From Candidatus Eiseniibacteriota bacterium (GTDB lineage Bacteria > Eisenbacteria > RBG-16-71-46 > CAVPCR01): a DNA stretch of 64,000 nucleotides. The notes below the pieces were generated by a model that saw only the letters and a program-made list of their open reading frames with translations, did no database searches and was not told the origin of the DNA. Of the stretch, positions 20,600-28,277 are shown piece by piece; position 1 is the stretch's first letter; every line of letters begins with the position of its first letter. The stretch covers positions 288,001-352,000 of the forward strand of contig CAWGMA010000003.1 of NCBI GenBank assembly GCA_963823555.1, read 5' to 3'. The position numbers and the translations under genes are program-made.

Positions 20600-20622
20600 C
20601 ACAGGAATGATATGCTGACCGG
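20600..20622. promoter_or_regulatory. Putative bidirectional promoter giving leaderless transcripts
   Basis: 23-bp divergent gap. Plus strand: TATGCT (20611-16) 6 nt before ATG 20623. Minus strand: TATCAT (20612-07) 7 nt before ATG 20599. No RBS on either side. Confidence 0.6.
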
Positions 20623-21183
20623 ATGAAGATCTACACACGAACCGGTGACCAGGGCGACACCGGTCTCATCGGCGGGGGGCGGGTCCGCAAGAGCATACCG
20701 CGGGTGGCCGCCTACGGAACCGTCGACGAACTCAACGCGACGCTCGGGCTCGCGCTCGCCGAACTCAACGAGAATCCTCATGCCCAGGCCCTCGTCCGGA
20801 TCCAGAACGCGCTGTTCTCGCTTGGCGCGGAGCTGGCCACGGTGGCGCCCCGCGCCGGATCAGAGCACCGGATTGCCCTGCTCGATGCCACGGAGACTTC
20901 CTGGCTCGAGGCGGAAATCGACCGCCTCACCGACGGCTTACCCCCGCTCAAGCACTTCATCTTGCCCGGCGGCACGCGCGCGGCGGCGAGCCTTCACCTG
21001 GCGCGGACCGTCTGCCGGCGGGCCGAGCGCACGATCGTGACCCTGGCCGCGACGGAACCCGTCCGCGGCGAGATCCTCGCCTACGTGAACCGGCTCTCCG
21101 ATTACCTCTTCGTCCTGGCCCGGGCCGTGAACTCGAGCGCGGGCCAGCCCGAGCCCATCTGGCTGGGGCGAGACGCCGGCTGA
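20623..21183 (+). CDS. pduO: ATP:cob(I)alamin adenosyltransferase, PduO-type
   Basis: MKIYTRTGDQGDT, AYGTVDELN, FILPGG, ARTVCRRAER and NRLSDYLFVLAR motifs. Confidence 0.95.
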   Translation: MKIYTRTGDQGDTGLIGGGRVRKSIPRVAAYGTVDELNATLGLALAELNENPHAQALVRIQNALFSLGAELATVAPRAGSEHRIALLDATETSWLEAEIDRLTDGLPPLKHFILPGGTRAAASLHLARTVCRRAERTIVTLAATEPVRGEILAYVNRLSDYLFVLARAVNSSAGQPEPIWLGRDAG

Positions 21184-21205
21184 CCCGAAATCCGGCTTGC
21201 GGATC

Positions 21206-22324
21206 CTAGGCCGCCGCTCCGGACTTCTTCGGCTCGATCCAGTCCTTCTCCTTGGTGAGGCTCGCGATGAGCTTCTCATCCTCGGCGCCCGGGAGCACTT
21301 CGGCCAGGTGGCGCGCGTGCTCGTCGGCGGACAGGGGCTCGCCGTCGACGCTCACGAGCGCTCCGGCATGGTCGCCGATCTTGCGGTTGAAACGCATATC
21401 GGGGGTGTAGAGGGGCGGCTGCCCTTCGGCGACGACCTTGTTGAGTCCCTGGATGAGCTCGTCGACCTCGTCGTGGTACTGGCTCCGCGCTCGATCGTTG
21501 AGCGATGTGCGATCGGGTTCCTCGCTGCACTCCTCCTCGTCATACCGTCCCTTCAAGCCCCACAGGTACGCCCACTCGGCCGACGTCGAGTGATCGACGC
21601 CGAACAGGTCGTAGGCGGTCGGGATCCACTTGTTGAGATACCGCTGGACGACAGTCGACGGAACACGCCCCGCCTTGAGGATCCGGCGCAAGCCGTTGTT
21701 GCCCGTGCCCATGTGGAACTGCTCTTCCTTGAGCATGGCGCGTACCGAACGGGCCAGCGGGGCGAACGAGCTGGTCGAGAGCATCTTGAGCTGGAACTTG
21801 CCGTCGCGATCGACGAAGTTGGTATAGGTGAAGAAGTCCAGCCAGTCGTTGACCGGCTCGTTGAACGAACCCAGGAGCCGGGTATGGTTGAAAGCGCGGC
21901 GCTCCAGCTGCTTCTGGGCCTCGATTCGTCCCGACTCGCCGAAGTACTGCACCATCAGGTAGCACATCTGCCAGCCGTGTCGCATCTCCTCGACGTTGAC
22001 CCGGAGCAGGGAATAGAGGTCATAGTCGCTGGGAGCGGCCGCCACCAGGTTGCGCTGCTGCTCGACCGAGGCGAACTCGGTATCGCTCTGATAGACGATG
22101 AGGTGCAAGAGGGCGTCACGGATGCGCTGATCGGGAATCTGCAGCACCGTCTCCCACTTCGAGCGGCCGCGGTAGCCGCCGAACTGGATCTCATCGGTCG
22201 GCAGATCGGCGAACTTGATGTCGAGGACGAAGTCCTTGATCATTTCCTTGTCATAGCCGATGTCGACGAGCCACTGATCGAAGAGGGCGATCCAGTCGTC
22301 GAAGGTGGCAATGCGCGAAGCCAT
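21206..22324 (-). CDS. BoxB/PaaA-family di-iron aryl-CoA epoxidase subunit (short BoxB-like)
   Basis: DTEFASVEQQR..APSDYDL..VNVEEMRHGWQM; W.DFFTYTNFVDRDGKFQL; FAPLARS..MLKEEQFH. Two ExxH di-iron motifs in a BoxB-like context. Confidence 0.82.
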   Translation of the reverse strand: MASRIATFDDWIALFDQWLVDIGYDKEMIKDFVLDIKFADLPTDEIQFGGYRGRSKWETVLQIPDQRIRDALLHLIVYQSDTEFASVEQQRNLVAAAPSDYDLYSLLRVNVEEMRHGWQMCYLMVQYFGESGRIEAQKQLERRAFNHTRLLGSFNEPVNDWLDFFTYTNFVDRDGKFQLKMLSTSSFAPLARSVRAMLKEEQFHMGTGNNGLRRILKAGRVPSTVVQRYLNKWIPTAYDLFGVDHSTSAEWAYLWGLKGRYDEEECSEEPDRTSLNDRARSQYHDEVDELIQGLNKVVAEGQPPLYTPDMRFNRKIGDHAGALVSVDGEPLSADEHARHLAEVLPGAEDEKLIASLTKEKDWIEPKKSGAAA

Positions 22325-22332
22325 CTCGATTC

Positions 22333-23046
22333 CTATCCTTTCTCGTTAATGGTCACCCGCTCCGGAGCGTCGATCGTCGCGGAATCGGCGCCGGCGCCCG
22401 CTGGTCGGGCGATGGCCTCTTCAGCCCGGACGAAACCCCGGAGGAAGATCTCGCTCATCATCTCGGCAATCGATTCGATGCCGGGGTCCTCTCCCGTCAT
22501 GTGATCGCCATCGCCCGGCCCCCGATACCAGGTATAGATCCAGTTCATCATCCCGAACAGCGAGAGCGCTGCGACACGCGGTTCCCCGGTGCTTCCGCCA
22601 TGGCGTGCGGGCCGGCCGTCGGCACGGAGCCCGGACACGATCGCGGTGGCCAAGGAAACGTAGGCTCGCTTCCGCTCCTGGATGCGCTGCCGGAACTCGC
22701 CGCTGAGGGAGTCCGACTCGTGGCTCAAGACCTTCATCTCGGTCAGGTGCTGAGCGAAGTAGCTCAGGTGGCTCCGCACGAACTGACGGAGCCGTTCTTC
22801 GGGAGGAGCCACGAGCTCGGTGCTCGCCCGCGCGCCCTCGATCACCGTATCGAGAGTGCGTGCCGAGACCTCGAACAGGATCTCCTCCTTGGTCGGAAAG
22901 TAGTAGTACAACCCCGCCAGGCTCGAACCGGCGCCGCGCGCGATGTCGCGCATCGTGGCCCGGTGGTATCCGTTCTCGGCGAAGATGCGTGCGGCGACGC
23001 CGAGGAGGGCTTCTCGCCGATCCTGGTAGCGGGGGGTGTTGGCCAT
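22333..23046 (-). CDS. TetR/AcrR family regulator (PaaR/KstR2-like)
   Basis: AARIFAENGYHRATMRDIA..LYYYFPTKEEIL HTH; C-terminal LFGMMNWIYTWYR. Confidence 0.92.
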   Translation of the reverse strand: MANTPRYQDRREALLGVAARIFAENGYHRATMRDIARGAGSSLAGLYYYFPTKEEILFEVSARTLDTVIEGARASTELVAPPEERLRQFVRSHLSYFAQHLTEMKVLSHESDSLSGEFRQRIQERKRAYVSLATAIVSGLRADGRPARHGGSTGEPRVAALSLFGMMNWIYTWYRGPGDGDHMTGEDPGIESIAEMMSEIFLRGFVRAEEAIARPAGAGADSATIDAPERVTINEKG

Positions 23047-23070
23047 CTCACTTCTTGGGAGGGAGCCGTT

Positions 23071-23117
23071 CGGACGTTCGTTCGAAGAAATTACCGGATA
23101 GGCCGGGATGGCGTCAA
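23071..23117 (-). promoter_or_regulatory. Promoter of tetR-boxB-like with a downstream operator-like palindrome
   Basis: Minus strand TTGACG-18 nt-TAATTT, followed by CGAACG-AA-CGTCCG (23084-23071). Confidence 0.55.
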
Positions 23118-23227
23118 GCCGGGACCCTCTTCCAGGCCTGTTGAGATAGCGTAAGCTATTGTCAGTCTGATTGTTATAGGCACGCGACGGAGATGGCTGA
23201 GAGCACGTTGCAGGCCTGGCGGGGCGA

Positions 23228-23256
23228 TTGACATTCCGGGCATCTGGCCTTAGCGT
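23228..23256 (+). promoter_or_regulatory. Putative sigma70 promoter of the ALDH-ECH operon
   Basis: TTGACA-17 nt-TAGCGT. Confidence 0.5.
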
Positions 23257-23411
23257 TAGCGCTTTCCGACGGCCAATCCCGGGCCGGCCGCCTGCGGCAA
23301 GTTGGAGCCGGCGGGCACCCCGCTGGCTCTGGGTCGCGAGGACTCCCGTCTCGCCCTGCGCGTTTCTCGAGAAGCCTCCCTGGCTCGAGATCCAACCCGA
23401 TCGAGGAAGAC

Positions 23412-24872
23412 ATGTCCCAGGCAGTACGTGAACGGCTCCGTCCGGGCCAGCTCTGGATCGGCGGCAGCGCCGGAAGCGCCCAGAACGGAAGGACCTACCC
23501 GGTTTACGAGCCGGCCTTGGGCGAGGTGCTCACCGAGGTCGCCGAGGCCGGGGTCGAGGATGTCGATCGTGCCGTCCGGGCCGCCCGGGAGGCCTTCGAC
23601 AGCGGGCCCTGGGCCAAGCTGGCTCCGAGCGAGCGCGGCCGACTCCTGTGGCGGCTGGCCGATCTCGTCGAGGCCGACGCGGACGCGATCGCCACGATCG
23701 AGACCCGAAACCAGGGCAAGACGATCTTCGAGTCGCGGAAGATCGAGGTGCCGCTGGTTGCCGATTGCTTCCGCTTCTATGCCGGGGCGACGACCAAGAT
23801 CCACGGCGAGACCATCCCGACCCGCAGGAGCGCGTTCAACTACACGCTGCGCGAGCCGGTCGGTGTGGTCGGCGCCATCGTTCCATGGAACTTCCCTCTC
23901 CTCATCGCCACGTGGAAGATCGCGCCCGCGCTCGCCGCCGGGTGCACGGTGGTCTTGAAGCCGGCCACCCCGACCCCGCTCTCCGCGCTCCGGCTCGCCG
24001 AGCTCGCGCGCGAGGCCGGAATCCCGGATGGGGTCCTCAACGTCGTCCCCGGCAAGGGATCGGTCGCCGGCAACGCGCTCGTCGAGCATCCGCTCGTCGA
24101 CAAGATCGCCTTCACCGGATCCACCGAGGTCGGGCGCGAGATCATGCGGCGGGCCGCCGGCACGGTGAAACGCGTCTCGCTCGAGCTCGGCGGCAAGTCG
24201 CCGAACATCGTGCTCGCGGACGCCGACATCGACGCCGCGGTCAAGGGCGCTCTGAACGGCATCTTCTACAACAAGGGCGAGGTGTGCGCTGCGGGATCCC
24301 GGCTCCTGGTCGCGGCGGAGATCCATGAGGAGGTCGTGGCGCGGCTCAAGCAGAAGGTCGACGGCATGGTCCTCGGGGATCCCCTCGATCCGAAGACGCG
24401 CATGGGTCCGCAGGTGTCCGCGGATCAGATGGACGTGATCCTCCGCTACATCGACAGCGGCAAGCGCGAGGGCGCGCGTGTGGTCACCGGCGGCGAACGG
24501 CATGGCAGCGTGGGCTACTTCGTCAAGCCCACGGTCTTCGACCAGGTCGAGCCGGGGATGACCATCGCCCGCGAGGAGATCTTCGGTCCGGTCCTCGCCG
24601 TGATCGCGGTCCAGGACGCCGACGATGCCGTGGCCAAGGCCAACGACACCATGTACGGCCTTGCCGCCGCGGTGTGGACCCGCGACATCGGACAGGCCCA
24701 TCGCGTGGCGCGCGCGCTCCACGCGGGGACCGTGTGGGTCAACACCTACGGCATCTATGACAATGCCGTTCCCTTCGGGGGCGTGAAGCAATCAGGCTTC
24801 GGCCGCGACATGGGGATGGAAGCCCTCGAGCAATACACGCATGTGAAGAGTGTCTGGGTGGACCTCGGCTGA
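23412..24872 (+). CDS. NAD-dependent aldehyde dehydrogenase
   Basis: PWNFP, FTGSTEVG, LELGGKSP, catalytic Cys in GEVCAAG, EEIFGPV and PFGGVKQSG. Confidence 0.95.
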   Translation: MSQAVRERLRPGQLWIGGSAGSAQNGRTYPVYEPALGEVLTEVAEAGVEDVDRAVRAAREAFDSGPWAKLAPSERGRLLWRLADLVEADADAIATIETRNQGKTIFESRKIEVPLVADCFRFYAGATTKIHGETIPTRRSAFNYTLREPVGVVGAIVPWNFPLLIATWKIAPALAAGCTVVLKPATPTPLSALRLAELAREAGIPDGVLNVVPGKGSVAGNALVEHPLVDKIAFTGSTEVGREIMRRAAGTVKRVSLELGGKSPNIVLADADIDAAVKGALNGIFYNKGEVCAAGSRLLVAAEIHEEVVARLKQKVDGMVLGDPLDPKTRMGPQVSADQMDVILRYIDSGKREGARVVTGGERHGSVGYFVKPTVFDQVEPGMTIAREEIFGPVLAVIAVQDADDAVAKANDTMYGLAAAVWTRDIGQAHRVARALHAGTVWVNTYGIYDNAVPFGGVKQSGFGRDMGMEALEQYTHVKSVWVDLG

Positions 24873-24923
24873 GGCCGCGCGGACGCAGAAGACCCGAGAC
24901 GAAACAAGGAGCGACGACCGAAC

Positions 24924-25739
24924 ATGGCCCAGCAGATGGTTGCCACCGAGACCAAGCTCATCCACTACCGCACCGAGAAGGGGATCGCTGTCATCGAGAT
25001 GGACGACCCGCCGGCGAACACCTATACCTACGAGATGATGCTGCAGCTCGACGAAGCGATTCTCAAGGCGCGCATGGATGATGACGTGCACGTGATCCTG
25101 CTGCGCGGGAAGGGCGACAAGTTCTTCTCGGCGGGTGCCAACATCCAGATGCTCACCGAGGTCACGCCGCAGTTCAAGTACTACTTCTGTCTCCACGCCA
25201 ACGAGACCCTGAGCCGCCTCGAGCAGACCCCGAAGCTCGTGATCGCGGCCTTGAACGGGCACACGGTGGGCGGCGGGCTCGAGATCGCGATGGCGGCCGA
25301 CATGCGCATCGCGCGCAAGGACGGCGGCAAGATCGGGCTCCCCGAGGTCACCCTCGGGGTGCTGCCCGGCACGGGCGGCACGCAGCGCCTGGCCCGCCTC
25401 ATCGGCAAGCCGAAGGCGATCGAGCTCATGGTGACCGGTCGCACCTTCTCCTTCGAGGAGGCGGTCGACATGGGGCTCGTGAACCAGATCATCGCCGGAT
25501 CGCCCGAGGACTTCATGCGCCAGGTGATGGAGTATGCCGGTCAGTTCGTGCCGCCGAACAAGGCAGCGAAGGCGGTCGGGCGCATCAAGCGCGCCGTGCA
25601 GTCCGGTCCGGAGTGCGGTTTCGGCGAGGGGCTGGCCATCGAGCGCGAGCTGCAGCAGCAGCTATTCCAGTCGGATGATGCCAAGGAGGGGCTCAACGCC
25701 TACGTGACCAAGCGGATCCCGACCTTCCGCGGCGAGTAG
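24924..25739 (+). CDS. Enoyl-CoA hydratase/isomerase family protein
   Basis: FFSAGANI, AALNGHTVGGGLE and GLPEVTLGVLPGTGGTQRL motifs. Confidence 0.95.
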   Translation: MAQQMVATETKLIHYRTEKGIAVIEMDDPPANTYTYEMMLQLDEAILKARMDDDVHVILLRGKGDKFFSAGANIQMLTEVTPQFKYYFCLHANETLSRLEQTPKLVIAALNGHTVGGGLEIAMAADMRIARKDGGKIGLPEVTLGVLPGTGGTQRLARLIGKPKAIELMVTGRTFSFEEAVDMGLVNQIIAGSPEDFMRQVMEYAGQFVPPNKAAKAVGRIKRAVQSGPECGFGEGLAIERELQQQLFQSDDAKEGLNAYVTKRIPTFRGE

Positions 25740-25781
25740 CGACCGCGGCGGCCGCCGGCATAGCCAGGACGGGGAGGCGAG

Positions 25782-26609
25782 ATGGACGACACGCGGGCGA
25801 GCAGGCTCGGTGCGAACGAGCAGGTCGACGCCGGCGGTTCCACCGGGACCGGCATCGACCTCGACGAGCTCATGATCGTCGCCGGAGCACGGGAGATCCA
25901 GGACGGCGAGATCGTCTTCGTCGGCATGCGCTTGCCGATGATCGCCTTCCATCTCGCCAAGCTCACCCATGCCCCGCGCGCGATCGCGCTCTACGAGAAC
26001 GGGGTCGTGCGCGATCACCCGGCCACCACGCCGATCGTCACCATGGCGGACCCGCCCAACCTGCGCGGCGCCTCCATGTGCTCCGACCTGCAGGGGGTGA
26101 TGAGTCTCCTGCAGCAAGGGCGTGTCGACGTCGGTTTCCTCGGTGCCGGGGAGGTCGATCGCTTCGGCAACCTGAACTCGACGCTGGTCCCCGGCGAGGA
26201 CGGCGACAAACGCTTGCCGGGAAGCGGTGGGGCTGCCGACATCGCCTGCCTCGCCCGGCGCACCGTGATTCTCCTGCCGCACGAACGCCGTCGCTTCCCC
26301 GAGCGCGTGCACTATGTCACGGGCCCCGGGCACGGCGATGGGCCGGGGTGGCGCGAGCGGATCGGTCTGCCTCCCGGCGGGCCCTCCGCCATCATCACCG
26401 ATCTGGCCGTCCTGCGCTTCGCGGACGACGGCGAGGCCTATCTGGCGAGCGTGCACCCCGGAGTGAGCACCGAGCAGGTGCTCGCGGCCACCGGGTGGCC
26501 GCTCCGGGTGCGCGAGCCGGTCATGGTCACTCCTGCACCGACCGTGCGCGAGCGCAATCTCCTGACCGAGATCGATCCCGAGCAGTTCTGGACGAGACGT
26601 CGCCCATGA
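25782..26609 (+). CDS. Family I CoA-transferase beta subunit (glutaconate/3-oxoadipate CoA-transferase-like)
   Basis: VFVGMRLP, LYENG, DVGFLGAGEVDRFGNLNST and RLPGSGGAADIA motifs. Confidence 0.88.
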   Translation: MDDTRASRLGANEQVDAGGSTGTGIDLDELMIVAGAREIQDGEIVFVGMRLPMIAFHLAKLTHAPRAIALYENGVVRDHPATTPIVTMADPPNLRGASMCSDLQGVMSLLQQGRVDVGFLGAGEVDRFGNLNSTLVPGEDGDKRLPGSGGAADIACLARRTVILLPHERRRFPERVHYVTGPGHGDGPGWRERIGLPPGGPSAIITDLAVLRFADDGEAYLASVHPGVSTEQVLAATGWPLRVREPVMVTPAPTVRERNLLTEIDPEQFWTRRRP

Positions 26610-26663
26610 CGGCGCGCAGGCTACTGCGATGAGTTCTTGGTTGCTGACCTCGAGAGGACCAGA

Positions 26664-27590
26664 ATGACAGCAGATGTTCAGCTGCGCCGGGTAGCGGTGA
26701 TCGGCGGCGGCACGATGGGGCGCGGCATCGCCCAGGTCTCGGCGCTCGGCGGCATGGAGACGATGCTCTACGACGTCGACGAGGCTGCTCTGTCCCGCGC
26801 GCGGGCGGCGATCGAAACGTCTCTCGCCAAGGGTGTCGAGCGCGGCAAGGTGGAGGCGGCGGCGGCGGCCGCCGCCCGCCAGAACCTACGTTTGACCACG
26901 CGTCTGGAGGATGCGGCGCGCGGTGTCGATCTGGTCATCGAGGCCGTACCCGAGGACATCGCGCTCAAGATCGAGATGTTCCGGGCGCTGTCTCGTCTGG
27001 CGCCGCCGCACGCGGTTCTCGCCACCAATACCTCCGCTCTCTCCATCACCGAGATCGCCGGATCGATCGAGCGCCCGGAACGGGTGATCGGCATGCACTT
27101 CTTCAATCCGGTGCATCTCATGCGCCTGGTCGAGGTGGTGCGCGCCTTGCAGACCTCGGAGACCACCCATGCGCTGGCCTTCGCTGCGGCGCGCCGCATG
27201 GGGAAGGAGCCCATCGCAATCTCCGAGGCCCCGGGATTCGTCACGACCCGCATCAATGCGCTCATCGGCAATGAAGCCTTCTACCTCCTGCAGGAGGGAG
27301 TGGCTTCGGCCGCCGATATCGACAAGGCGCTCAGGCTGGGGCTCAACCATCCCATGGGGCCCTTCGAGCTCGTCGACCTGGTCGGTCTCGACACCCGCCT
27401 CTCGATCCTCCAGTTCCTCTATCGGACGCTCGGCGAGAAGTACCGGCCCTGCCCGTTGCTCGAGAAGTACGTCAAGGCCGGGCGTCTGGGGCGGAAGGTG
27501 GGGCGGGGAGTCTACGACTACCCCGAAGAGCAGGCCGCGGCCAAGGGCAAGGTCCCGCAAGCCGCGGATCGCGCCGCGTCTACAGCTTGA
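26664..27590 (+). CDS. 3-hydroxyacyl-CoA dehydrogenase (PaaH/Hbd-like)
   Basis: VIGGGTMGRGIA, IEAVPE, ATNTS, GMHFFNPV and HPMGPFELVDLVGLD motifs. Confidence 0.95.
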   Translation: MTADVQLRRVAVIGGGTMGRGIAQVSALGGMETMLYDVDEAALSRARAAIETSLAKGVERGKVEAAAAAAARQNLRLTTRLEDAARGVDLVIEAVPEDIALKIEMFRALSRLAPPHAVLATNTSALSITEIAGSIERPERVIGMHFFNPVHLMRLVEVVRALQTSETTHALAFAAARRMGKEPIAISEAPGFVTTRINALIGNEAFYLLQEGVASAADIDKALRLGLNHPMGPFELVDLVGLDTRLSILQFLYRTLGEKYRPCPLLEKYVKAGRLGRKVGRGVYDYPEEQAAAKGKVPQAADRAASTA

Positions 27591-28275
27591 AGCGGAAGGG
27601 CAGCACCACCCGCGACTTGACCGCGACACCCCCGCGATTCGCCGGCCGGAAGATGGAGAGCTTCGCGGCCTCGACCGCGGCCGCATCGAGAACGGCAATC
27701 GTCTCCGAGCGGTGAACTCGAGCTTCGATCACGCGGCCAGTCTCGGCGATCGTCATCCGCACGTAGACGACGCCCTCGATCTTGGCCTGCTTGGCCTGCA
27801 CCGGGTACTCGGGCGCGAAGAGCTTGATGATGACCGGCGGGTCGTCGAAGGGCGGCATCTCCTCCTCCTGCCCCCCGCGTTCACAGCGCATGCGATCGCC
27901 ATCGGTGACGAGTCTTCCTTCCGCCTCGTTCTCCCAGGGGATGGTGATCGCGATCCGCTCGCCCGCGGCGGTCGAGTCCCCCCAGGTGAGGACCACGCTC
28001 CCTCCCTCCTCGGCCCGCTTCATGTGCCGAAAAGGAAGCGAGCCGGCTCGGTCGCGCACCATGAGTGGACCGACCTCGATGCCGGTGAGACTGCCGTTCT
28101 TCGCCTTGAGCGCGGCGACATGGAAGAAGACGGTCTCCCGGCCGCAATGCGCGGTGATCGATTGTTGCGGTGCGGGCGCCTCGGCGCGCGCCGCCGTGAC
28201 GAAGACGAGGAGGAGGGCCAGCGCCAGCGGCGCGCGGCGGGGAAGCGGAGCCGCAGCGACGAGCAGCGCACGCAT
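27580..28275 (-). CDS. Secreted protein with TonB C-terminal domain
   Basis: Signal/TM segment, then PEYPVQAKQAKIEGVVYVRMTIAETGRV..LDAAAVEAA..FRPA..G..V....LPFRFKL. Confidence 0.85.
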   Translation of the reverse strand: MRALLVAAAPLPRRAPLALALLLVFVTAARAEAPAPQQSITAHCGRETVFFHVAALKAKNGSLTGIEVGPLMVRDRAGSLPFRHMKRAEEGGSVVLTWGDSTAAGERIAITIPWENEAEGRLVTDGDRMRCERGGQEEEMPPFDDPPVIIKLFAPEYPVQAKQAKIEGVVYVRMTIAETGRVIEARVHRSETIAVLDAAAVEAAKLSIFRPANRGGVAVKSRVVLPFRFKL

Positions 28276-28277
28276 GA

